64,000 bases of DNA from an uncultured Chloroflexia bacterium (GTDB lineage Bacteria > Chloroflexota > Limnocylindria > Limnocylindrales > CSP1-4), in contig CAVQUM010000021.1 in the NCBI GenBank assembly GCA_963716815.1, forward strand, positions 3,299 through 67,298, given 5' to 3'. Below the pieces are notes generated by a model. It was not told where the DNA came from. It was given only the letters and a program-made list of their open reading frames with translations, and ran no database searches. Shown here piece by piece: positions 9,708-18,161 of this stretch (positions are counted from its first letter, which is position 1; every line of letters begins with the position of its first letter). Position numbers and translations under genes: made by a program.

Positions 9708-10430
9708 TCAGGGGCCAGCCAACGGGTCGGCCTGTAGCAGCGACGGATCGGGCATCGGGGGTGGCTCACCTGGCCAGATGGCCCCCTCGAGTACCCGCTC
9801 CGCTTCAGCAGGGTGGTCTCGTGTGGAGTGGAAGTAGCTGTAGCCGGCGTAGGCGCCATCGCCGAGCAGCCAGCCGTATTCGATCTCGGTGCCGTCGGGA
9901 TAGCGCACACCGTTGACCGCGCCTTCCCAGGCGCCCCACTCGTTCTCCAGCCGCATGACGCCGCCCGAGCGGCCAAGGTCGGCCTCCGGCGCATCCTCGA
10001 TCGCGAACACCTGGTGTGCCTCGCCGCGGATGCGTGGGTCTTCGCTCTCGATGCGCAGGAAGCGCTCGGCGCCACCCTCTGTCTCGACGTGTCTGACCAC
10101 TTCGACGCTGCCCTCGATGACGCGGACCGCCGACGGGTCCATCGGGGGCGCGCTCCCCGCCCCGCCGAGTGGCCCGAAGGTCAGCGTCGACACCGCCAGC
10201 AGGACCACGCCCACGATCACGACGGTCGCCAGTGGCAGCGGGCGTGCGCTGTGCTCACGGTTCCACGACCGAGCGTCGAACAGCAGCCCCAGGCGAACCC
10301 GCAGCGGGTGATGTTGGCGGCGCTCGGCGGTGCGCTCCAGGGCGTCGTCGATGACCTGGTCCGGCGCGACGACGGGACCGTCAGCGAGCCAGTCGCCCAG
10401 GTGGCGTTCAAGGTCCTGATCACGGGTCAT
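9708..10430 (-). CDS. Anti-sigma factor (N-terminal cytoplasmic segment, one TM, extracytoplasmic domain of unknown family)
   Basis: Internal ATG at 10430 (MTRDQDLERHLGDWLADGP) with a GGGAG-type RBS upstream. TM segment LPLATVVIVGVVLLAVSTLTF. It lies directly downstream of the ECF sigma region and in the same ORF. Confidence 0.65.
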   Translation of the reverse strand: MTRDQDLERHLGDWLADGPVVAPDQVIDDALERTAERRQHHPLRVRLGLLFDARSWNREHSARPLPLATVVIVGVVLLAVSTLTFGPLGGAGSAPPMDPSAVRVIEGSVEVVRHVETEGGAERFLRIESEDPRIRGEAHQVFAIEDAPEADLGRSGGVMRLENEWGAWEGAVNGVRYPDGTEIEYGWLLGDGAYAGYSYFHSTRDHPAEAERVLEGAIWPGEPPPMPDPSLLQADPLAGP

Positions 10431-10997
10431 GCTGGACGCTCCCACGCCTCGGTGCGACGGGCCTCCGAATTCGAGCGCGGCGCGCAGGCTGCGCGTGGCG
10501 TAGTGCAGGCGCGATCCCACCGTGCCCGGCCGGATCGACAGGGTCTCGGCGATCTCACTCAGGGTCAGGCCCAGGTAATAGTGCAGGACCAGGACCGCTC
10601 GATGCTCCGGCGACAGGCGGCGGAAGGCGCCCTCCATCTCGTCGTGATCGGCGACCCGGGGCTCCAACGCGGTCGCCCTCGCTGAGCTCGGATCGGCCAC
10701 GATCGGCAGCGACGCGCGCCGCTCGCGCTTGGCCAGGCGATAGCAGCAGCGACACAGGATGCGCGCGGCCCAGGCATCGAAGCGGTCCGGGTCTCGCAGC
10801 GCGGGCAGGTCGTCCCACACCTTCACCAGCGTCTCCTGCAGTGCGTCGTCGGCGAGGTCGGCGTCACGCAGGATGCGGTAGGCGATGGCGTACAGTCGTC
10901 CCGAACCCGCGCGGACCACGGCCGCGAAGGCCTCGTGGTCGCCGTTCGCGGCCCGGTCGACCAGCTCGCGCAACTCCAGCTGCATCCGCTCCCCCAC
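10427..10997 (-). CDS. ECF-type RNA polymerase sigma-70 factor; no stop codon before the anti-sigma start in the current frame
   Basis: Region 2 is DDALQETLVKVWDDLPALRDPDRFDAWAARI. Region 4 is LSPEHRAVLVLHYYLGLTLSEIAETLSIRPGTVGSRLHYATRSLR. The lower coordinate is the TGA that overlaps the anti-sigma ATG in the +1 frame. Confidence 0.75.
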
Positions 10998-11138
10998 TCG
11001 TCGTTCGGTGTCATCTACCCCTATGGGGCCGAGAGTCCGAGGTTCTCTTCGATCTTCGTGGAAGACGCTGTTCGCACGGCAAGGCTACTCTCGGGGGAGT
11101 CGACGGGGAGCCGCGAGCGAGGCCATGATGCGCGCGTG

Positions 11139-11327
11139 ATGGCACAGACGCTGCTGCTCTGGCTGCTGGCCTACCTGGGCCTGCTGGCGGCGGTGGGCTT
11201 CGTGCTCTACCTCGCCCGCGAGTCGACCGGCCGGCGCTGGACGAACCGGACCTTGCTGCGCACCAGCTCGCTCGTCGCCTTCGGCGCCGCGACCGTCTTC
11301 TGGCTGGTGCTGGCGGTCGCCGAGTAG
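11139..11327 (+). CDS. Possible small two-TM membrane protein
   Basis: 62-aa MAQTLLLWLLAYLGLLAAVGFVLYLARESTGRRWTNRTLLRTSSLVAFGAATVFWLVLAVAE, read from an internal ATG. The upstream part of the listed ORF overlaps the sigma gene antisense. No clear RBS. Confidence 0.35.
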   Translation: MAQTLLLWLLAYLGLLAAVGFVLYLARESTGRRWTNRTLLRTSSLVAFGAATVFWLVLAVAE

Positions 11328-11337
11328 ACGTTCACGC

Positions 11338-12414
11338 CTACGGGGTCGGTGCCTCCTCGGGCAGCAGTCGCTCGTGCTTGAGCTCGGCCCAGAGGTCATC
11401 CGGAACGGGGTAGCGCATGGCCTCGTCGTTGTCCACGACGTGCTCGGGCGCCCGCGGCCCGATGACCACCGCGGCCACGGCCGGGTGGTGGAGTGGGAAC
11501 TGCACCGCAGCCACCGCGAGGGGCACGCCGTGCCGGTCGCACACGGTCTTGATGGCGGCGGCCTTGTCGATGACCGAGCGCTCCGCCGGTTGGTAGTTGA
11601 AGGTGACGTTGTCCTTCCAGTCGCCCATGGCGTCGGCCTCGCGGCTGACGTGGCCGATGGAGCCCGGGTCCGGATGGGCCAGGATGCCGCTGTTGAAGAC
11701 GCCGGCCGCGATGACGGCCACGCCGCGTGACTCGCATAGCGGCATCAGCCCCGGTAGTGCCGTCTGGTCCAGCAGCGTGTAGCGGCCGGCCAGCAGGATC
11801 GCGTCGTAGTCGCCTCGTTCGAGCAGCCACAGGTGGCAGTCCCAGTTGTTGGAGCCGATGCCGATGGCGCCCACCTCACCGGCGCGGCGCAAGTCCTCCA
11901 GCGCCCGGTAGGCCCCTTCGGCCGCCTCCCCCATGAACGGTTCCGGGTCGTGGATGTGGACGATGTCGAAGCGCTCGATGCCGGTTCGCTCCCGGCTGGC
12001 CTCGAGCGAGCGCATGACGCCGTCGTAGGTGTAGTCGTAGTAGGGCACCGCTGACCCGGTGTCCCGGTAGAGCAGCTCACCCCGGTAGCGCATGAGCTCG
12101 TCCCGCCGCTCGGGCGGGCCGTCGACTGCAAGCAGCCGGCCGACCTTGGTGGTCAGGGCGAAGTCCTCGCGTGGTTGTTCGCGCAGGACATCACCGACGA
12201 AGCGTTCGGCAAAGCCGAAGCCATACAGCGGCGCGGTGTCATAGAAGCGGATGCCCTCGGACCAGGCGGCCTCGACCGTGGCTCGCGCCGTCGCGTAGGG
12301 GACCGCCTCCATCAGGCCGGCCAGCGGGTTGGTGCCGATACCCATGCGCGTCACGCGCACGTCCGTCCGGCCCAGCACCACCCGCTCGGTCGGCTCGAAG
12401 CCGCTGCCGCTCAC
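11338..12414 (-). CDS. Aldo/keto reductase family oxidoreductase
   Basis: VTRMGIGTNPLAG...IRFYDTAPLYGFGFAERFVGDVL...TTKVGR and the length are typical of the AKR family. The GTG at 12414 is preferred because the ATG at 12474 would overlap the LacI gene end. Confidence 0.8.
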   Translation of the reverse strand: MSGSGFEPTERVVLGRTDVRVTRMGIGTNPLAGLMEAVPYATARATVEAAWSEGIRFYDTAPLYGFGFAERFVGDVLREQPREDFALTTKVGRLLAVDGPPERRDELMRYRGELLYRDTGSAVPYYDYTYDGVMRSLEASRERTGIERFDIVHIHDPEPFMGEAAEGAYRALEDLRRAGEVGAIGIGSNNWDCHLWLLERGDYDAILLAGRYTLLDQTALPGLMPLCESRGVAVIAAGVFNSGILAHPDPGSIGHVSREADAMGDWKDNVTFNYQPAERSVIDKAAAIKTVCDRHGVPLAVAAVQFPLHHPAVAAVVIGPRAPEHVVDNDEAMRYPVPDDLWAELKHERLLPEEAPTP

Positions 12415-12439
12415 GCGGTCGCATGCCGTGAGACTGCGC

Positions 12440-13534
12440 TCACGCGGCGACCTCTGCACGGGGCTGGATCTCACCCGAGCCGCGGATGATCAGGCGCGTC
12501 GAGATGGTGCGGTGCTGGCTGGGCCCGGAGTAACCGTCGAGGCGGGCGAAGAGCAGCTCTGCCGCTGCGCGGCCGATGGCGTACGGATCCTGGGCCACGA
12601 CCGTGATCCCGGGTTCGAGCATGGCCGCCAGCTCGATGTCGTCGAAGCCGACGAGCGCGACGAGGTGCTGCAAGTCGTGCAGGTGGAGCGCGTTGATCGC
12701 GCCGATGGTGATGAGGTTCTGGCTGGCGAAGAGCGCCGTCGGGCCTTCGTGCTCCGGCAGCCGCAACAGGCTCTCGGCCGCACGCTGAGCGGTGTCGCGT
12801 GTGTGCAGGTCGGTGCGCACCAGTTGAGCGTCGACAGGGATGCCGGCCGCGTGCAGGGCGTCGGTGTAGCCGCGGAGGCGGTCCTCGGCGGTGGCGATGT
12901 CGGTGAGGTCGCCGAGGAAGGCGATGCGTCGGTGGCCCACCGCGATGAGGTGCTCTACTGCTTCGCGCGCGCCGGCGCGGTTGGTGGCGAGGACGGTGTC
13001 AGCGTCGAGGTACTTGGGCGGTCGGTCGACGAAGACCGTGGCCAGGCCGGCCTCCATCTCCGCCCGCAGGTACGACTGGTCAGTGCCCGTGGGCACGATG
13101 ATGAGCCCGTCGACGCGGCGCTGGATCATGGCCCGCGCGACCTCCCGCTCGCGCACCGGGTCCTCGTCGAGGCTGGTGGCCAGCACGGCCATGCCGCGCT
13201 CGATGGCGGCATCGTCGACAGCGCGGTGGACAGCGCCCGAGTAGGGGTTGGCTACGTTCTCCAGCATCAGCCCAAGGGTCGAGGTCTGCCGGCCGCGACG
13301 CAGGTTGGAGGCGGTCAGGTCCGGCCGGTAGTCGAGTAGGCGCGCTGCTTCCTGCACGCGCTCGGCCAGATCGCCCGAAACGCCCGCCTCCTGGTTGACG
13401 ACACGCGATACCGTCTTGATGCTGACCCTGGCCAGTGCGGCCACGTCGCGCATCGTCGCGCGTCGGCGAGGGAGGCCGCTCTCAGCCTCGCGCCCTGACA
13501 ACGTTGTCCGCTTCGTGCTGGTCATTGGGCGCAA
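12440..13534 (-). CDS. LacI family transcriptional regulator
   Basis: N-terminal HTH ATMRDVAALARVSIKTVSRVVNQEAGVS followed by a periplasmic-binding-protein-like fold. It is divergent from a sugar ABC operon. The start is 13534 or 13525. Confidence 0.85.
   Translation of the reverse strand: MRPMTSTKRTTLSGREAESGLPRRRATMRDVAALARVSIKTVSRVVNQEAGVSGDLAERVQEAARLLDYRPDLTASNLRRGRQTSTLGLMLENVANPYSGAVHRAVDDAAIERGMAVLATSLDEDPVREREVARAMIQRRVDGLIIVPTGTDQSYLRAEMEAGLATVFVDRPPKYLDADTVLATNRAGAREAVEHLIAVGHRRIAFLGDLTDIATAEDRLRGYTDALHAAGIPVDAQLVRTDLHTRDTAQRAAESLLRLPEHEGPTALFASQNLITIGAINALHLHDLQHLVALVGFDDIELAAMLEPGITVVAQDPYAIGRAAAELLFARLDGYSGPSQHRTISTRLIIRGSGEIQPRAEVAA
13497..13508. promoter_or_regulatory. LacI-type operator, perfect palindrome GACAACGTTGTC (auxiliary site inside the lacI-family 5' end)
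   Basis: The 12-bp perfect palindrome is read directly. It is identical to the site at 13609 and matches the LacI-family TGxAAxCGxTTxCA pattern. Confidence 0.6.
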
Positions 13535-13574
13535 CCATATGACATCGATTGCACCGAAACAACCCCGAAACGGG

Positions 13575-13604
13575 TTGACACGGCAACGACCACAGGACTA
13601 CCGT
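13575..13604 (+). promoter_or_regulatory. Putative promoter of the sugar ABC operon
   Basis: TTGACA at 13575-13580, an 18-nt spacer, then TACCGT (TANNNT) at 13599-13604. The operator lies immediately downstream. Confidence 0.4.
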
Positions 13605-13608
13605 GCGA

Positions 13609-13620
13609 GACAACGTTGTC
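13609..13620. promoter_or_regulatory. LacI-type operator, perfect palindrome GACAACGTTGTC (primary site)
   Basis: Same 12-bp palindrome, 5 nt downstream of the putative -10 and 63 nt upstream of the binding-protein ATG. Confidence 0.65.
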
Positions 13621-13682
13621 AGTTGGCAGCGGGAGGAGCTGCCACCCAGGTAGCTGGAGGAAAGAGGAGGCTCGCCGAAGCG

Positions 13683-14764
13683 ATGACCTTTGTTCGAAGC
13701 CGCGCCATGCGGCTGACCGCGATCTTCCGCGGTGATGGCGCTGACCGCCGGTGCGTTCGCCGGCTCGGCTGTCTTCGCGCAGGACGACATGGAAGAACTC
13801 GACGGCACCGGTGTCGATATCGAGCTCGTCGTCAAGGAGAACATCAACCCCTTCTGGGTCTGGATGATCGACGGCGCGACCGCGCGCGCGGAAGAGCTGG
13901 GTGCCAGCCTTCACGCTTGCTGGGGCGTCCAGGATCCCGACCCTGAGGGCCAGACCGAGTGCATCGAGAACGCGATCTCGCGCGGTGCCACTACCATCCT
14001 GATCGCGCCTGCCAACGCTGGCGTGACCCCGGCCGTCGAGCTGGCCCGTGAGAACGGTCTCATGGTCATCGCGCTCGACACCGCCACCGATCCGCCCGAC
14101 GCGGTCGATGTCACCTTCGCCACGGACAACTACGAAGCCGGTGTGCTCATCGGCAAGTGGGCTGCGGCCAAGATGGGCGACGCCGCCGCTGACGCGGTCA
14201 TCGGCATGATTAACATCGACCCCTCACAGCCGGTCGTGGGCGTGAAGCGCAACCAGGGCTTCCTGGAGGGCTTCGGCATCGACAACGGCGGATCCGACCA
14301 CCTACATGGACGAGACCGACCCGCGCATCGTGGGGCAGGAGTTCTCGCAGGGTAACCAGGAGGGCGGCGTGACCGCCATGGAGCTGCTGCTCCAGGCGAA
14401 CCCTGACATCAATCTCGTCTACACCCTCAACGAGCCGACCGCCGCCGGTGCCATGCAGGCACTCGAGGCCGGCGGCAAGACCACCGACGAGATCATCATG
14501 GTCTCGGTCGACGGTGGCTGCGCTGGCGTGACCGATGTCCAGAGAGGCATCATCGACGCCACGTCGATGCAGTTCCCCTCGAAGATGGCGTCCCTCGGCG
14601 TGGAGGCGGCTATCCGCTACGCGCAGGACGGCACCATCCCCGAGCCCAGTGAGGGCCTGGACATCTTCAACACGGGCGTCCAGCTCATCACCGACGATCC
14701 CCAGGAAGGCGTGCCCTCGATCACGTCCGCTGAGGGTCTCGAGATCTGCTGGGGCTCCGCGTAG
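13683..14764 (+). pseudogene. Sugar ABC transporter substrate-binding protein (RbsB/CUT2-like), two frameshifts
   Basis: AGGAGG upstream of the ATG at 13683. Signal peptide MTFVRSRAMRLTAIF/AVMALTAGAFAGSAVFA. Periplasmic-binding-fold sequence runs through ORFs 13732 and 14306, with frame joins at about 13727 and 14290. Confidence 0.75.
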
Positions 14765-14903
14765 TCACTGGCTAGTACGAACGAACGGGGTGGCCGCACG
14801 GCCACCCCGTTCGTTTGTCTATCATTCGCGCGAGTAGAGTACGTGTGCGCGAAGGCGCACGACTTACGGGATCTGGAGAGGGACACCACATGAAGGGCAC
14901 GGC

Positions 14904-16010
14904 ATGAGCGGGCCGCAGCCAGAGCATCGTGGAGAGGACCACGCTGCTGCCGAGGCGACCGCGGCCGCGGTCAGCGGTGAGATCGTCGAACAGGAACGAC
15001 AGAGCCTGACGCCGGTCCAGCGCGTGCAGCGCGTCCTGCACCGCTATCCGGCCATCGCGCCGCTCATGTTCCTGGGGCTGATGCTGATCGTCTTCAGCCT
15101 CATGTCAGATCGGTTCCTGCAGCCGTTCAACATGAGCCTGATCATCCAGCAGGTCACCGTCGTGGGTACGCTGGCCATCGGCCAGACCATCATCATCCTT
15201 ACCGCTGGCATCGACCTCTCGGTCGGGGCCATCACGGTCTTTGTCTCGGTCATCATGGCCAAGATCTCGTCCGACCTGCTCGGTACCGAGAGCGCCTTTG
15301 CGTGGCTTCGTGGCGTTGTTCATCGGCTTCGGTGTCGGGCACCACCTGTGGTCTCATCAACGGCCTGCTCATCACCCGCCTGCGCTTGCCACCGTTCATC
15401 GTCACGCTGGGCACGCTCAGCATCTTCTTCGCACTCAACCTGTACGTGTCAGCGTCCACGACCGTCCGTGGTCGGGACATGCGATTCGCTCCTGACCACG
15501 ACCGCCGGCAAGCAGGGCACCCTGGAGCTGTTGGACACGCCCATCCCCATCGCCTCGATCGGCATGGTGCTGATGTACGTGGTCATGACCTATGTCCTCA
15601 AGTACACCGCCTGGGGCCGGCACATCTACGCCACCGGCGACGATCCCGAGGCCTGCGCGGCTCACGGGCATCAACGTCAACCGTGTGCTCGTGTCCGTCT
15701 ACGCCGTGGCCGGACTTCATCTACGGCATCGGCGCCTGGTTCCTCATCGGCCGCGTCGGCGCGGCTAGCCCGCAGGTCGGTCTGAGCTGACAACCTCGAC
15801 ACCATCACCGCCGTCGTTATCGGTGGCACCAGCCTCTTCGGTGGTCGCGGCATGGTCTTTGGGACGTTGCTCGGCGCCATCATCGTGGGCATGGCTCGTA
15901 ACGGCCTGATCTCGCCGGCATCGACCCGCTGTGGCAGCGACTTCACCGTCGGCGTGCTTGTCATCGCTGCTGTCACACTCGACCAGTGGATCCGGAGGGT
16001 GAGCGCATGA
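14904..16010 (+). pseudogene. Sugar ABC transporter permease (RbsC-like), about eight frameshifts
   Basis: Conserved pieces occur in alternating frames. They include TAGIDLSVGAI, FVALFIGFGVG, TTCGLINGLLITRLRLPPFIVTLGTLSIF, WGRHIYATGDDPEA and ARLTGINVNRVLVSVYAVAG. Further pieces are IYGIGAWFLIGRVGAASPQ, DNLDTITAVVIGGTSLFGGRG and AGIDPLWQ. Joins are at about 15300, 15339, 15482, 15654, 15714, 15788, 15912 and 15938. Confidence 0.7.
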
Positions 16011-16846
16011 CCGCTCCTACGACGACCGATCTTCCGCAGCCAGTCATGCGGGCCAGCGGCCTGGTCAAGAACTACGGCCGCGTGGTGGCGCTCGATCACG
16101 CCAACCTCGAGCTCTACCCGGGCGAGGTGCTCGGCGTCATCGGCGATAACGGCGCCGGCAAGTCCACGCTCATCAAGTGCTTCAGCGGTGCGGTCATCCC
16201 CGACGAGGGTGAGATCCGACTCGACGGCGAGCAGCGTCCACTTCACTCGCGCCCAGCGACTCTCAGGCCGCCGGCATCGAGACCGTCTACCAGACGCTCG
16301 CGGTCTGCCCGGCCCTGGACATCGCCACCAACCTGTACCTCGGTCGCGAGCGACGCAAGCCGGGCATCTCGGGGCGGTCTTCCGCATGCTCGACCTGGGT
16401 GGCATGCGCGAGGCTGCACGCAAGGAGGATGCTCAGCGACCTGGACTGCTCACCATCCAGGACATGAGCCAGGCCGTGGAGACGCTTTCGGGCGGCCAGC
16501 GCCAGGGCGTGGCCGTGGCCACGGGCCGCCGCATTCGGCCAGCGCGTGGTCATCATGGACGAGCCGACGGCGGCGCTCGGCGTGAAGGAATCGCGCAAGG
16601 TGCTCCAGCTCATCCGGGACGTCCGTGACCGGGGTATCCCGGTCGATCCTCATCAGTCACAACATGCCCCACGTGTTCGAGGTGGCGGACCGCATCCACA
16701 TCCACCGGCTGGGCCGGCGGGTTGCGGTGGTCACGCCGCAGACGCACTCGATGTCGGAGGCGGTGGCCATCATGACCGGCGCCACCCAGGTCGACATGAC
16801 GGACGAGGAGATGGCTCGCCCGGCCGCGCAGATGGCCGCGGCCTGA
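16007..16846 (+). pseudogene. Sugar ABC transporter ATP-binding protein (single ABC domain, FrcA-like), about seven frameshifts
   Basis: Its ATG overlaps the permease TGA. It has Walker A GDNGAGKST, Q-loop TVYQ, signature LSGGQRQ and Walker B VVIMDEPT, followed by LISHNMPHVFEVADRI. The reading uses three frames, with joins at about 16235, 16248, 16376, 16428, 16444, 16521 and 16642. Confidence 0.75.
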
Positions 16847-16880
16847 GCCGGCGGTTCGTCCTGACCTCTGCGGCCAACCA

Positions 16881-17475
16881 CTAGACGTGCTTGCCGCGCG
16901 TCCAGCCCTGGTCGCCGAGCGTCTCCTCGGCAAAGGCGGCTGAGCCTTCCTCGAGGGGAGTGGCGAGTGAATCGTTGAAGCGGTTGAGGAAGCCGTAGAG
17001 CGCGACGGCCGCGAGGATTCTCCACGATCTGGCCCTCGTCCCAGTGCTCGCGCATGCGCGCGAAGTCCTCGTCGCGCACGGCGTTGGGCACGGATGCCGC
17101 CTTGACCGAGAAGTCGAGCGCGACCTTCTCGGCCGGGCTGAAGAGGTCACTGTCGGCGAACTCCCAGACCGCCGTCAGACGCGCCTGCTCGGCTCCGGAA
17201 CGGGACGCGCCCTGGATCGAGTGGGCCTGACAGTAGCGGCAACCGTGCGCTCGCGACGCGAGGTGGGCGCACAGGTTCTTGAGCTCCGCGGGCACCGTAC
17301 CCGAGGCCGGGTCCAGTACCGCCCGGCGCAGGGCGATGAAGCCCTTCACGATCTCCGGCCGACGAGCCATGATGCGCAGCCCGTTGGGCACGAAGCCGAG
17401 TGTCCGCTGGTAGGTCAGCTCGACTTCTTCGAGGCCCTCGACCTGGTCGAGCGAAAGTGGTTCGAGTCGTGCCAT
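16881..17475 (-). pseudogene. Carboxymuconolactone decarboxylase (AhpD-like) family protein, one frameshift
   Basis: AGGAGG 5 nt upstream of the ATG at 17475. It carries the CxxC-type motif AHGCRYCQAHS. The C-terminal ILAAVALYGFLNRFNDSLATPLE lies in ORF 16881..17150, joined at about 17019. Confidence 0.7.
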
Positions 17476-18022
17476 GGCGTCCTCCTGCGGGTGGTGGGGT
17501 CTTGACCCTATCGCGTCCACACACGTGGCGGGGCCTTCCTGGGCCTGCGGCAAGCCCTGTGGGTCGGCTGCTGATGGCGCTGTCCTGGGCGCGCTTGGCA
17601 ACATGCTCGGCTTCAGCCTGCTCCTCCACGCCCCGGGCGAGAGCTGGTTCCGCGAGGTGCTGGTGCTGGCGGGCTCTTCCTGCTGCTGAGCCTGCGCATC
17701 CTCCTGGCCGTCGACCGCTCCAAGCGCCGCCAGGCCGCGCCGACCATCTCGAGGGCCGCACAGCGGGGCCGAGCGGCGAACGGCGACCCGAGGGCCGAAC
17801 GGTGGGGCCGTGGCGCGGCAGGTCGGTTCGTGACGCTTCCACACGAGCGCTGAACGGATCGGTGTCGATGGGATCCGCTCGCAGCCACCTGGCGCCGACG
17901 GGCGCCTCGCGATGCCCTCGGCGTGCACGATTCTCGGGGTTCGGCGGGCGGCAGCGCTGCTCCGACAGCCGAATGGGCGCGTCGAGGGCCCAGACGTCCA
18001 GCCCTCGTGTGAAATCGTCGGC

Positions 18023-18052
18023 CGGCAGGCGTCGAGGGTCGGCAGGCGTCGA
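18023..18052. repeat. 13-bp direct repeat cggcaggcgtcga x2 (17-bp period) upstream of the YceI-like gene
   Basis: Read directly at 18023-18035 and 18040-18052, about 110-140 nt upstream of the GTG at 18162. Confidence 0.8.
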
Positions 18053-18161
18053 CCGGCCATCGGTCGCGGGAGGTCGCGGGCTGCTTACATCGCGTTGATG
18101 TGAACGTCACACATCGGGGCTATCCTGCGCGTCTCTCAACGCACCCGACAGGAGAACCTAC

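Noticed and set aside
13683-16846. Programmed ribosomal frameshifting as an explanation for the broken ABC operon
   Set aside because: There are about 17 shifts in both directions with no slippery heptamers or downstream structures at the sites I examined. That is far too many to be programmed.
17400-18098. 232-aa ORF and overlapping minus-strand ORFs in the 17.5-18.1 kb gap
   Set aside because: The products are Arg/Ser/Pro-rich with no motifs or RBS. Only short hydrophobic fragments in mixed frames look protein-like, and these are covered in the findings.
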